The notes beneath the pieces are model-generated. The model saw nothing but the letters and a program-made list of their open reading frames with translations, did not search any database and had not been told where the DNA came from. The position numbers and the translations under genes were made by a program. From positions 9,838-73,837 of the forward strand of contig CAZMEQ010000001.1 of assembly GCA_964565345.1 (NCBI GenBank): a stretch of 64,000 bases of DNA, read 5' to 3'. The DNA comes from an uncultured Gammaproteobacteria bacterium (lineage in GTDB: Bacteria > Patescibacteriota > Patescibacteriia > UBA11705 > JABHMO01). How positions within the stretch are numbered: position 1 is the first letter of the stretch; the number at the start of each line of letters is the position of its first letter. Positions 9,301 through 21,192 of this stretch are shown here, piece after piece.

Positions 9301-10131
9301 TTATAAAACTATTTTTAAGCCATTAATTGGACCAAGTGGTTTATATTTTGATTCTAATAGACCAGTAATTTCGTTAACTAAGGTTTCGTCGCCACGTTCG
9401 GCGCGGTCAAAATAATCAGACTGAGCTTCAAAGTGAACCGGAGGGTGATCATTGTCGCGTTCGATTAACTCCCAAGCTTGTTTGTAATGAATGTCGTATA
9501 TGTGAGCGTTGGAAATAGTATGTGTTAGTTTTCCAGGTTTAACTCCGAGTTTTCCAGCTAGTACGCAAAGCAATAAATAAAATCCCGCGACATCATGTGG
9601 GCAGCCGAGCATCATATCATTGGAACGGACAACACTATGTATATGTAATTTATTGGCGATAATATTGGCTGTCCAAGTAAAGGGGCAGGGAACGTTTTTT
9701 TTGGTTTCTGGATTACCCAAACCATCTTCGCGGGGGTCCCAAGTGATTACTACTCCATGACGTGAACCAGGGGTGCCTTGGAGATGTTGGACTAAAAGAC
9801 CCAGTTGATCCCGGCCAAAAGCATGGCGCCAACGATATCCATAAGCCGCGGGAATAGTGCCATCCTGCTCGGTAAAGTCTTGCCAAATCTTTGTGAATTT
9901 ATTTACAAAATCATCTGGATTTTTACTGCCCATGATAAACCAAATTTGTTCGGCTACAAAGAGTTTTATCGGTATTTTGCGCAAAGTTAAAAGCGGAAAG
10001 CCTTTGTCTAATTCAAAAGTTAGTCCTGGAATTATTTTGGTGTGGTGCCCGGTTCTTTCGTTGTATTCATCGAAGCCTTCATTCATTATTTTAAGAATTC
10101 CAGCTTTATAAAGTTCATCAAATTGTGTCAT
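9301..10131 (-). CDS. thyA: Thymidylate synthase ThyA
   Basis: FPLLTLRK, VPCP catalytic Cys, RSNDMMLG, AHIYDIH. Confidence 0.95.
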   Translation of the reverse strand: MTQFDELYKAGILKIMNEGFDEYNERTGHHTKIIPGLTFELDKGFPLLTLRKIPIKLFVAEQIWFIMGSKNPDDFVNKFTKIWQDFTEQDGTIPAAYGYRWRHAFGRDQLGLLVQHLQGTPGSRHGVVITWDPREDGLGNPETKKNVPCPFTWTANIIANKLHIHSVVRSNDMMLGCPHDVAGFYLLLCVLAGKLGVKPGKLTHTISNAHIYDIHYKQAWELIERDNDHPPVHFEAQSDYFDRAERGDETLVNEITGLLESKYKPLGPINGLKIVL

Positions 10132-10271
10132 ATAGAAAATAACATTGTCTTCATTTTAACAGATAAATGGGGGGGAGGAAAGCACTTTTCTTGACAAGTT
10201 TTGCAAAAAATACCCTAGTAGGTGCATAACAAAATACCACCCGGTAAAAGGGTGGTATTGGATGTATAATT

Positions 10272-10955
10272 TTACTTAATTTCCAGCTTGATGCCAGGTC
10301 CCATGGTGGTGCAAAGAGTAGCATTTTTGATATATACACCCTTTGATGTCTCTGGTTTCACTTTTTTGACAGCATCGATGAAAGTTTGAAAGTTTTCCAC
10401 CAACTGAGCATCATTAAGGCTCAATTTCCCAACTATTTGATGGATATTGGCCGTGTCATCATTTTTAAAGGCAATTTTACCTTTTTTAAGTTCGCCAATT
10501 GTTCTGCCGAGGTTTTGTGTGATCGTTTCGTTCTTTGGTGAGGGCATTAATCCTTTGGTACCAAGCATTCTGGCCAGAGGGGCCAAATTTTTCATGATTT
10601 CTGGGATGGCTACGGCTATTTCAAAGTCGATTTTACCTGATTTTTGTAGTTCAGCTAGGTTTGATTCTGTGTAGATGACGTCAGCTCCAGCGGCCTTTGC
10701 TTCGGCGGCTTTTTCCTCGGTTACAAAGGCAGCTACAACTTTTGATTTACCAAAGCTATGAGGCAAAACAACAGTACTGCGCACTTGTTGGTCCCCCTTT
10801 TTAGGGTCAATGCCAAGGCGTAGATGAACTTCCACTGATTCATCAAACTTTTTACCAGCAAGAGTTCTTGATAAAGTGACAGCTTCAGAAATGGAGTAAA
10901 GTTTGTTAGTTTCGATTTTAGCAGATTGCTTTTTGATTCTTTTTGATTGTGCCAT
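10272..10955 (-). CDS. rplA: 50S ribosomal protein L1
   Basis: KFDESVEVHLRLGIDP, GLMPSPK, TTMGPGIK. Confidence 0.98.
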   Translation of the reverse strand: MAQSKRIKKQSAKIETNKLYSISEAVTLSRTLAGKKFDESVEVHLRLGIDPKKGDQQVRSTVVLPHSFGKSKVVAAFVTEEKAAEAKAAGADVIYTESNLAELQKSGKIDFEIAVAIPEIMKNLAPLARMLGTKGLMPSPKNETITQNLGRTIGELKKGKIAFKNDDTANIHQIVGKLSLNDAQLVENFQTFIDAVKKVKPETSKGVYIKNATLCTTMGPGIKLEIK

Positions 10956-11012
10956 ATAAAAATAAGGGTACGCGACCCTTAATTTATCCTAGGTTTATTA
11001 GGAGAAAGAAGA

Positions 11013-11063
11013 GTCGTGGTGGTAACGTCCTTCGTAGCTTTAGCGAAGAAGGACTCCCACAAC
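11013..11063 (-). promoter_or_regulatory. Putative L1-binding autoregulatory RNA between rplK and rplA
   Basis: Minus strand GTTGTGGGAG-[hairpin]-GTTACCACCACGAC, resembling the GUGGGAG...ACCAC L1 site. Confidence 0.6.
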
Positions 11064-11083
11064 ATTATAAATATTAATTTAAC

Positions 11084-11506
11084 TTACTTGATTTCTACAC
11101 CCATTTGTCTTGCTGTGCCAGCAATACTCTTCATAGCTTGTTCAACATTGGTGGTATTAAGGTCTGGCAATTTTGTTTCAGCAATTTGACGTAATTGATC
11201 CTTGGTAATGCTCCCGGCTTTTTCGGTTAAAGGATTCTTGGCGCCGGATTTAATTCCAGCGGCTTTTTTGATTAATTCAGAAGCTGGAGGTGTCTTCATT
11301 ATAAAGTCGAAAGAACGATCTTCATAAACAGTAATTATAACTGGAACGATGTCTCCGCCTTTATCTTTTGTTGCTTCGTTAAAACGGTTAACAAAGTCTT
11401 GAATTGCGACACCATGTTGACCCAAGGCTGGACCAACTGGTGGTGCTGGGGTAGCCTTGCCACCTGCAATTTGCAGTTTGATTAAGGCTTTAATTTTTTT
11501 AGCCAT
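11084..11506 (-). CDS. rplK: 50S ribosomal protein L11
   Basis: [24 protein letters not shown]. Confidence 0.98.
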   Translation of the reverse strand: MAKKIKALIKLQIAGGKATPAPPVGPALGQHGVAIQDFVNRFNEATKDKGGDIVPVIITVYEDRSFDFIMKTPPASELIKKAAGIKSGAKNPLTEKAGSITKDQLRQIAETKLPDLNTTNVEQAMKSIAGTARQMGVEIK

Positions 11507-11578
11507 ACTTGTAACAAGCGCTCGGGTATCTAATCTAATATCCCTATTTGATTAAAATCTGAGCAACTTAGTTATATT

Positions 11579-12124
11579 TTATAATTTTGTAACTTGTAAA
11601 TAATCGAGTTCAATAGGAGTCTCTCGACCAAACATAGAAACAAGAACTTTAACCTTGCCACGTTCTTCATCAATCGCAGAAATTTTTCCTTCAAAATTTT
11701 TGAATGGTCCATCAACGATTTTAACTGGAGCGTCCACCGTAACATCAATAGTGTATTTGGGTTCGTCAACACCCATGCGTTTTTGTAAATCCTTCATTTC
11801 CTTTTCTGATATTGGTGTCGGGACTGTGCCTGTACCAATAAAGCCAGTTACATTTGGAGTGTTTCTAACTACATACCAAGAATCATCGGTAACAATCATT
11901 TCAACAAAGACATAACCAGGAAATATTTTTTCAGTAATAACTTTTCTTTTCCCGTTCTTAATTTTTATTTTTTTCTCCGTAGGAATCAAAATGTTATAGA
12001 TTTTATCCTCCATATCCATTGATTCAATACGCTGCTTTAAATTCTCGGCTACATTTTCTTCGTAACCAGAATAAGTATGAATAACATACCAGCGGCGGCC
12101 ACGGTTCGCAACTTGTTTTGGCAT
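11579..12124 (-). CDS. nusG: Transcription termination/antitermination factor NusG
   Basis: WYVIHTYSGYE, FPGYVFVEM, KOW DGPFKNFEG, MFGRETP. Confidence 0.98.
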   Translation of the reverse strand: MPKQVANRGRRWYVIHTYSGYEENVAENLKQRIESMDMEDKIYNILIPTEKKIKIKNGKRKVITEKIFPGYVFVEMIVTDDSWYVVRNTPNVTGFIGTGTVPTPISEKEMKDLQKRMGVDEPKYTIDVTVDAPVKIVDGPFKNFEGKISAIDEERGKVKVLVSMFGRETPIELDYLQVTKL

Positions 12125-12134
12125 ATCTTAATAT

Positions 12135-12329
12135 TTATTTGATAAATAACCCTAAGATTTTTGAAAAGCCAAAGTCAAGAAGTCCAAGAAAAAAGGCAGT
12201 AAATAAACTAATCCCAATAACTATTAAAGTGTGTTTGGTTGTCTCTTTGCGAGTAGGCCAGGTTACTTTCTTGAGTTCATTTTTTGCAGAAATTAAGTAC
12301 TGAATAAAACGTAAATCTTTAAGATTCAT
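12135..12329 (-). CDS. secE: Preprotein translocase SecE
   Basis: ELKKVTWPTRKE plus one TM helix; upstream of nusG. Confidence 0.93.
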   Translation of the reverse strand: MNLKDLRFIQYLISAKNELKKVTWPTRKETTKHTLIVIGISLFTAFFLGLLDFGFSKILGLFIK

Positions 12330-12441
12330 ATTGGTTGAATGTATTTTAAAAAGGCCCTTTGGCCTATTTATAACAAAATTATAGTACAAAAATGTCAACT
12401 TGGCAAGCTTGTAGTACAATTAGCTAAAATAAGCCAATATA

Positions 12442-14535
<2,094 letters not shown>

Positions 14536-14676
14536 CTATTCTAGCATAAAAGAATGGCAAAGTGAAGTCTTTAATACACAAAAATTTTCGTAAACAGGGC
14601 GTTTTGTGTTATAATTTAATTGTTTATAAAAGTACATATTCATGATTATATTCTTGAATAGGTACTAACAAAAAAT

Positions 14677-15561
14677 ATGTCAAACAATATTTACAACAAC
14701 TTGAGTGAAAAAGAATTAAAATACAGTTATTGGTATGTGACCCATCGTGTTTTTTTAAGAAAATTAGGGGTGTTGGCTTTGGCTTCGTGTTCTATAGGTT
14801 TGTTGATTTATGGGTTGTTTTTAGTTTCTAGCTATTATATTGAAGATGCTTCTAAGTCTCGGGATTTAGCTGCTAGCTTGTCGCAGGATAAGTTAAATTT
14901 AGAACTTTTAGCTGAGTCGAATAAGCCAAGGGATTTGCAGGTTAGTGAAACCCGTGTTTTGCGGGGAAATCAAGGAATGGTTGATTTTGTGGCTACAATT
15001 TTTAACCCCAACGTACAATGGGCAGTCGATAAGTTGGAATATTATTTTTTAAATGGTGAAGATAAAACAGAGCTTGCAACGGCATATATTTTGCCGGGTC
15101 AAGAAAAATATTTACTTCATTTTAATTATCCTTCTAGTAATACGGGTTTGCAGGTACGTATTATTATTGAAACCGTTCATTGGCAAAAGGTGGTAGATTT
15201 TACAGCTCAACAAGAAAATGCAGTCAACTTCGAAATAACAAATGCAGCCATAACTTCGATTATCAAGCCTGGTAAAGAAACAACCGAGAGCGTTACTAAT
15301 GTAACGTTTGATGTTTTAAATCGATCTGCATATAGTTTTTGGGAGCCGCGTTTTGTGGTTTTATTGGAACGGGGTGATCAGTTAATCGCGGTTGCAGAAA
15401 CACATCTAAGCACCCTGGGATCGAATGAGTTAAGAAAAGAAAGTATTAATTTGTTCCAAACTTTACCAGCCTCCACTCAGCTTCGTGTTGTGCCGGATAT
15501 TAATATCTTAGACCCCAATGTTTTTAAAGGTTTTAATATAGAGGTGGGCGAGCGTAAGTAG
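14677..15561 (+). CDS. Hypothetical membrane-anchored protein with beta-rich extracellular domains
   Basis: 294-aa ORF, N-terminal TM helix. Confidence 0.7.
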   Translation: MSNNIYNNLSEKELKYSYWYVTHRVFLRKLGVLALASCSIGLLIYGLFLVSSYYIEDASKSRDLAASLSQDKLNLELLAESNKPRDLQVSETRVLRGNQGMVDFVATIFNPNVQWAVDKLEYYFLNGEDKTELATAYILPGQEKYLLHFNYPSSNTGLQVRIIIETVHWQKVVDFTAQQENAVNFEITNAAITSIIKPGKETTESVTNVTFDVLNRSAYSFWEPRFVVLLERGDQLIAVAETHLSTLGSNELRKESINLFQTLPASTQLRVVPDINILDPNVFKGFNIEVGERK

Positions 15562-15612
15562 CTATACAATTTTGGTAAAATAAATTAAGATAGCGCTAGT
15601 CTCTATCTTTTT

Positions 15613-16701
15613 ATGTTGAAAAATGCGTTTTACAATTTACGCCGCTTGGATTGGTTACTTGTTTTGGCTGTTTTTGGTCTTTTTTGCCTTGGTTTGGCAG
15701 CGATTTATAGTATTGATTTGAGCAAAGACCAGAGTGACAATTTTGAAAAGCAGGTTATTTTTGGTGTTGTCGGCCTCTTATTTATGTTTATTTTAGCCTC
15801 GATTAATTATTCGGGTTGGCTTATTACCGGAAGACTAATTTATGTCCTAACCTGGTTGCTTTTAATAGCAGTTCTTTTTTTGGGATCAACGATTAGAGGA
15901 ACACGTGGTTGGTTTAATTTTTTGGGTTTAGGTATTCAACCGGCAGAATTAGCAAAAGTGGTTTTAATTATTATGTTGGCACACTTTTTCAGTAACAGAT
16001 TACAGCAATTCAGAGTGGGGAAGCATATAGTTTTTAGTTTTTTAGTTACATTGTTGTATGTTGTCCCGGTTATGTGGCAACCAGATTTTGGTTCAGCTGC
16101 AATTATGTTGGGCATTTGGTTTATTTTATTGATTTTAACAGGAATCCCCAAGGGATATATTATTGTTTTGGTTTCAGTAATTATTTTTGTTATGTGCTTA
16201 TCCTGGTTTTTCTTTTTGGCTGATTATCAGAAAGAAAGAATTGAAACCTTTCTTGATCCAACTTCCGATCCATTGGGGAGTGGTTATAATGTTTCGCAGT
16301 CTATTATTGGCATCGGTTCTGGGTATATTTGGGGGCGTGGTTTGGGGTTCGGTTCACAAAGTCAATTAAAATTTATCCCCGAGAGCCAAACGGATTTTGT
16401 TTTTGCTGTTATCGCAGAAGAGTTGGGTCTTTTTGGCGTTATTTTGGTTTTAGGTCTTTTTGCTATAGTTTTTTATCGATTGATTGCTATCGCCCGTCGA
16501 GCGCACGATGATTTTGGTTTATTCTTGGTTTTGGGGATAGTTATTGTCTTATTTTTACATGTTTTTATTAATATTGGCATGAATATGGGGGTAATGCCAG
16601 TTACAGGAATTTCTTTGCCCTTTCTAAGTTATGGAGGAAGCTTTTTATTGATATGTTTAGCGATGGTTGGGCTGGCTCAAAGTGTGGCTGTTAGAAGATA
16701 G
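15613..16701 (+). CDS. rodA: Rod shape-determining SEDS protein
   Basis: IQPAELAK, QPDFGSA, PESQTDFVFA, GISLPFLSYGGS. Confidence 0.92.
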   Translation: MLKNAFYNLRRLDWLLVLAVFGLFCLGLAAIYSIDLSKDQSDNFEKQVIFGVVGLLFMFILASINYSGWLITGRLIYVLTWLLLIAVLFLGSTIRGTRGWFNFLGLGIQPAELAKVVLIIMLAHFFSNRLQQFRVGKHIVFSFLVTLLYVVPVMWQPDFGSAAIMLGIWFILLILTGIPKGYIIVLVSVIIFVMCLSWFFFLADYQKERIETFLDPTSDPLGSGYNVSQSIIGIGSGYIWGRGLGFGSQSQLKFIPESQTDFVFAVIAEELGLFGVILVLGLFAIVFYRLIAIARRAHDDFGLFLVLGIVIVLFLHVFINIGMNMGVMPVTGISLPFLSYGGSFLLICLAMVGLAQSVAVRR

Positions 16702-16772
16702 TCTCTTGGGTTGACTAAAATAAGTACTTTTGGTATAATCCTTCTCGATATTAAGAAACTAAGTTTTCGTAT

Positions 16773-17438
16773 ATGATTTACAATTTAGAGGCATCTATTA
16801 GAAAAGAATTAAAAAAGAAGGTCCAGACGTTACGAAAAAACAGTTTGGTGCCTGGTGTTATTTATGGCCCAGAGGTCAAAGAGAATATTAATATCTCAAT
16901 TGATGCGGTTAAGTTAGAAAAAATTTATAATGAAGCTGGTGAAAACTCGTTGATCAATTTAACACTTGATAGCGGGAAGGAAGCTTTAGAAGTTTTGATT
17001 AAGGATGTTGTTTTTTCTCCAGTGAGCCATCGCATTGATCATGTTGATTTCTATCAAATTAAAAAGGGTCAAAAATTGGATATTGAACCAGAATTGGTTT
17101 TCTTTGGTGTCGCGCCTGCAGTTAAAGAATTGGGTGGAATTCTGGTTAAAAATCTTGATAAAATTGAAATTCGTTGTTTACCCAAGGATATGATTTCTGA
17201 GATTCAGGTGGATTTAACAAGTCTAAAAACTTTTGAAGATAAAATTTTAGTTAAGGACTTAAATATTCCAGAAAGCGTTGAAGTTTTGACAGATCTTGAA
17301 GAAGCGGTTGCTGTTATTTCTAAACCAGAGGAAGAAGAAAAATCTCAGGGAAGTGCTGAAGTTAAGGAGCCTGAGGTTATAGGTAAGAAAGAAGCTCCAG
17401 CAGAAGGTGGTGAAAACAAGGGAGACAAAAAAGAATAA
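16773..17438 (+). CDS. rplY: 50S ribosomal protein L25 (CTC type)
   Basis: VPGVIYG, HVDFY, C-terminal acidic tail EPEVIGK. Confidence 0.93.
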   Translation: MIYNLEASIRKELKKKVQTLRKNSLVPGVIYGPEVKENINISIDAVKLEKIYNEAGENSLINLTLDSGKEALEVLIKDVVFSPVSHRIDHVDFYQIKKGQKLDIEPELVFFGVAPAVKELGGILVKNLDKIEIRCLPKDMISEIQVDLTSLKTFEDKILVKDLNIPESVEVLTDLEEAVAVISKPEEEEKSQGSAEVKEPEVIGKKEAPAEGGENKGDKKE

Positions 17439-17493
17439 TTTGCTTTAGCTTAAAAAGTGCCTTATATTGTAGAAGTATAAGGCACTTTTATTT

Positions 17494-18534
17494 ATGCTTA
17501 AAATAAGAAAACAACGTTTTAGTTTTATCTTTTTAATTGTTTTGTTGGTGGTATTTTTATCGATCGCCGTTGCTGTTGTAGTTAAGAATACCAAAACCGT
17601 AAATATTCCTATAAGCTCAATAAAAGAGACAGGCGATTTGTCTCAAGGCGTGTGTGAGTCTAGGCTGGCTATTGATGGCACCTGTATTGAAGGAATTGAC
17701 CCGGGAGTTTTTGCTGTGATGATTGATAATCATGTGGGAGCCAGGCCATCAGCGGGGTTGAGTCAGGCTAGATTGGTTTATGAAACAATCGTAGAACACC
17801 CGATTACTCGTTTTTTGGCTGTGTTTTCTTTTCTTGATGAAGTAGAGAAGATTGGACCTATCCGTTCGGCTCGCCCTTTTTATGTCGACTGGGCAAAAGA
17901 GTTTAATGGCCCGTATGTTCATGTTGGTGGGAGTGATAAGGCAATTGAAACTTTAAATGCAACCTATAAGTTTAATTTGGACGAATTTTATAACGGTAAA
18001 TATTTTTATCGAGACAATTACCGTAGTGCTCCGCACAATGTTTTTACTTCTAGTTTGAAAGTTAACCAGGCACTAAAAGATAAAGAATGGGTTCCAGAAG
18101 TTAGTTTTTCTTCATGGAAATACAATAATGAGGTCCCAGAAGATGGGGGGATAAAAACATTAGAGCTAAATTTTAAGACCTCCGATTTTTTAGTCCGCTG
18201 GGAATACGACGTGACAACAAAAGAATATGTCAGATATCAAAAAAATAAAATTCATGCCGATTTTGATGGAAGGGAAATACGTGCTAAGAACATTGCAGTA
18301 GTATACACAGATAGTGAGATTGTTGATGGGTATGGTCGCTTGGAAACAAGAACTATAGGTCGTGGTCCGAGTTTAGTTTTTAGAAATGGAGAAGTTGTGG
18401 AGGGATATTGGCAGAGGGAGTATTTGGCTGATAGAACTACTTTTTATGATAAGGCGGGGAATGAAATAACTTTTAATATCGGAACAACCTGGATAGAAGT
18501 AATAACGCCAGGTTGGGCTGAGGTCAAGTATTAA
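17494..18534 (+). CDS. DUF3048-like membrane-anchored protein
   Basis: AVMIDNH..ARP..GL, IGPIRSARP, RSAPHNVF. Confidence 0.85.
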   Translation: MLKIRKQRFSFIFLIVLLVVFLSIAVAVVVKNTKTVNIPISSIKETGDLSQGVCESRLAIDGTCIEGIDPGVFAVMIDNHVGARPSAGLSQARLVYETIVEHPITRFLAVFSFLDEVEKIGPIRSARPFYVDWAKEFNGPYVHVGGSDKAIETLNATYKFNLDEFYNGKYFYRDNYRSAPHNVFTSSLKVNQALKDKEWVPEVSFSSWKYNNEVPEDGGIKTLELNFKTSDFLVRWEYDVTTKEYVRYQKNKIHADFDGREIRAKNIAVVYTDSEIVDGYGRLETRTIGRGPSLVFRNGEVVEGYWQREYLADRTTFYDKAGNEITFNIGTTWIEVITPGWAEVKY

Positions 18535-18535
18535 T

Positions 18536-19258
18536 ATGTCAACGAAAAAAGAAAATTTTTTTGCATTTTTGCTGATTTTAATTTTTGCATCAGGTCTCGC
18601 GATTTTTGTTTGGAATAAAATTCAAGGGAGGGATTTATCTAAAGCGCCCAATTTTGATTTGTCCGCCTATAATTCAATCGATTTAGTTAATGACCTTGAT
18701 CCTAGTATCAAAAAACAAATTAGTTCTGAGTTAGCGCGTGCCATGAAGTCAAAGGACAAGGGCGAGAATCTTTTCGCAGATAAGATCAATGTTGATAACA
18801 ATGATAAGGGGTTGTCATCTGGCTTTATATATTTTAAGGATTCCTTCCGTTTAGAAAACAACACTAAAACAACAAACATGATACAAAGTTTTTTGGATGA
18901 TTTTCCTGAGCTAAAAGGGGCAATGTTGGAAAATTTTGATGTTTTTAAGACTATAAAGATTGAGTTGCCTGCTTTAGAGCGAGACAAGATTTTAGAAGAA
19001 GTTAAAGCGCATGAGTTGGTGGCTGATGTTTTGTTAGTAAAGGCTCCAGTGTGGCAGATTAATTTTAAATTGGGTCGAAATGAAGAGGAGATACAAAACT
19101 TTATAAATAATTTTCCTGATGTAAAAATGCTTCCGATTGAAAGGACGATAGTTGAGGGGTATGTGGCTCGAGCCAGCATTAAGGAGTTAAAGCTAGAACC
19201 TGCTTTTATTGAAAAAATGCAAAAAGAATATTCTGATGTTATTACAATATTGCCATAA
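18536..19258 (+). CDS. Hypothetical protein with N-terminal TM helix
   Basis: 240-aa ORF coupled to neighbouring genes. Confidence 0.65.
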   Translation: MSTKKENFFAFLLILIFASGLAIFVWNKIQGRDLSKAPNFDLSAYNSIDLVNDLDPSIKKQISSELARAMKSKDKGENLFADKINVDNNDKGLSSGFIYFKDSFRLENNTKTTNMIQSFLDDFPELKGAMLENFDVFKTIKIELPALERDKILEEVKAHELVADVLLVKAPVWQINFKLGRNEEEIQNFINNFPDVKMLPIERTIVEGYVARASIKELKLEPAFIEKMQKEYSDVITILP

Positions 19259-19259
19259 T

Positions 19260-19943
19260 ATGAAAATAGGTTTTTCAACAGCAGATTTTTATCAAGAAAA
19301 AAATCAATTAGCACGTGATTTATTGGAACAGCAACTTAGCCTAGGATCAGAAGTAATTGAAGTGAATACTGGCGCGTCAGTGATTCGTGCTCAAATGCTT
19401 GGTTTATCCTCTAGCTATTTTGATGATTTTAAGTTTAAAACACTTCACGCGCCAGCAAGTATAGATGCTGCAGTTTTATCTGAATTAATCAGACTCCAAG
19501 ATAAATTTAATTTCGATTACATAAATTTTCATCCCGATCAGCTCGATATTAAGTTGTTAGAAGTTTTAGGACGTTCAGGGTTACCTGTTTGTGTCGAAAA
19601 CATGGATAGTCGTAAATTAAATTTTCGTGATGTTGAATCAATGGAAAAGTTATTGAATACATATCCTTTTGGCCTGGTTTTGGATTTGAATCATTGCTAC
19701 TCGAACGGGGAAAACATGGATTTAGTTAATGAGTTTTGGAATAGGTTGGAGAAGAGGATAAAATATTTTCATTTGAGTGGCTTTACTACTTTGCATGAAC
19801 CTTTGTATAAGACGAGACAACGAGAACTAGTTGATTTTGTTGAAAGTAAGGACAGGCCAGTGGTGATTGAAAGTATGTTAGCTGATCGTAGTGAAATGGA
19901 GCAAGAGTGGCACTACATTGTTGATAACATGCTTGATCGATAA
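19260..19943 (+). CDS. Xylose isomerase-like TIM-barrel protein
   Basis: LHAP, FHPD, VENMD, LDLNH, HLSG...HEP, VIES metal-binding motifs. Confidence 0.8.
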   Translation: MKIGFSTADFYQEKNQLARDLLEQQLSLGSEVIEVNTGASVIRAQMLGLSSSYFDDFKFKTLHAPASIDAAVLSELIRLQDKFNFDYINFHPDQLDIKLLEVLGRSGLPVCVENMDSRKLNFRDVESMEKLLNTYPFGLVLDLNHCYSNGENMDLVNEFWNRLEKRIKYFHLSGFTTLHEPLYKTRQRELVDFVESKDRPVVIESMLADRSEMEQEWHYIVDNMLDR

Positions 19944-20017
19944 TTTTTTGTTTTATTTTTGCGTGCTTAAGGGCATGCTTTTTTTATTTGTTTTTTCAAA
20001 AGAAAGTTATTTGCAAC

Positions 20018-20046
20018 TTGACATATTTGCCAAAATTAGATATTCT
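20018..20046 (+). promoter_or_regulatory. sigma70 promoter of GC cassette 2
   Basis: TTGACA-N17-TATTCT. Confidence 0.75.
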
Positions 20047-20126
20047 GAAAAGCTCTTTTGAAGGCGGTTGCAGGATGTAGCCGTCTGTCTGGTTCAGTTC
20101 AAAATTCCATTGGGAGGTACCCGACC

Positions 20127-21077
20127 ATGAGGAAAAACATCCTCACCCTGTGCCTGATCGTCCTGTCCCTGGCGGCCTGCTCCACGAAGGAGAAGCCCGC
20201 CGACCCCGCGCCTGTCGCGGTGGCGCCCGTGCCCGAGGTCTGCACCATGGACAAGGCCAAGGCGCAGGTCCAGTACCGGGGCTTCGATGTCGCGATCGAG
20301 GGCGACACCCTGGTCTTCACCAAGGTGCTCTCCGGCGCCGACGGCCAGCGCCTCGGTCGCGAGATGCACGAGTTCAAGGTCGAGGACGACCAGGGCCAGT
20401 GCAAGCTGACCGAGTGCGTTGCCAGCCGCGAGGTCTCGGGCGAGAAGCTCGAGAATCTGTTCTGCCAGAAGCGTTCGCGCTTCTACAAGAACGGCGCGCT
20501 GGTCTGGGAGGACACCCTCCTCAAGGACAGCCAGTGGCTGCGCAGCTACGCCGGCCTAGACAAGGTCCTGATGGACGCGCCCAACTGGGCTTCGTCCGAT
20601 GGAATGGACATCTACATGACCTGGGTCTTGCGTTCGGCCGACAAGGCTGTGCGGGTGCCGGTCTGGGGCGTCCGGGCTATCTGGATCCGGGAGGGCGACG
20701 ACTACACCCTCATGGGCGGGGAAGTCGTCCTCAAGAACCCGAAGCGCGCCCCCACACCCGAGGAGGTCGTGACCTTCCTGCGCACCAACGCGCAGGGCGA
20801 GGTCAACACGCGTGGCGTCCTGTACCCGGTCTCCGGGGAGACGTTCACGGCCTATCTCTCGTACCTCAAGGACGAGGATAAGGGCTGGGAGCGAGACCAC
20901 GCCGGCGACAGCGAGGCCATGCTGGCCCACTTCGACGGGCCGGTCAAGCTCTCGCGTGGCCAGACCTGGCCGCTGGAGCGCGTCTTCCAGCACCGCGGCA
21001 CCCAGCAGTCCCGGCTGCCCAACGTGGACCCCGGCTTCCTGCCGGGCTTCCCGCTGGTCCCCAAGCTGGGCCAGTGA
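20127..21077 (+). CDS. High-GC cassette 2: lipoprotein of unknown function (316 aa)
   Basis: SD GGGAGGT at 20112-20118; MRKNILTLCLIVLSLAA-C lipobox; Pro/Ala linker; 40/60 GC at 20341-20400. Confidence 0.8.
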   Translation: MRKNILTLCLIVLSLAACSTKEKPADPAPVAVAPVPEVCTMDKAKAQVQYRGFDVAIEGDTLVFTKVLSGADGQRLGREMHEFKVEDDQGQCKLTECVASREVSGEKLENLFCQKRSRFYKNGALVWEDTLLKDSQWLRSYAGLDKVLMDAPNWASSDGMDIYMTWVLRSADKAVRVPVWGVRAIWIREGDDYTLMGGEVVLKNPKRAPTPEEVVTFLRTNAQGEVNTRGVLYPVSGETFTAYLSYLKDEDKGWERDHAGDSEAMLAHFDGPVKLSRGQTWPLERVFQHRGTQQSRLPNVDPGFLPGFPLVPKLGQ

Positions 21078-21103
21078 CAACAACGCGGTTGGCGTAACCA
21101 ACC

Positions 21104-21138
21104 ACCCCCACATCGACACGTCGGTGTGGGGGTATTTT
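21104..21138 (+). terminator. Intrinsic terminator of cassette 2
   Basis: ACCCCCACATCGA-cacg-TCGGTGTGGGGGT followed by ATTTT. Confidence 0.8.
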
Positions 21139-21192
21139 GTTGTTACTAATCAACAAATTTTGTATAATGTTTTTAGAAATAAAATAATTTAT

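Noticed and set aside
20094-21156. Many overlapping alternative-frame ORFs in the GC cassettes (also 2485-3139, 26536-27106, 37529-38485, 48338-49104)
   Set aside because: Shadow ORFs caused by stop-codon scarcity in GC-rich DNA; in each cassette only one frame has the promoter, SD-like site, GC3 bias and terminator
20812-21192. 127-aa N-terminal extension on the TrmB ORF
   Set aside because: It reads out of frame through cassette 2 and its terminator; TrmB similarity starts at ATG 21193
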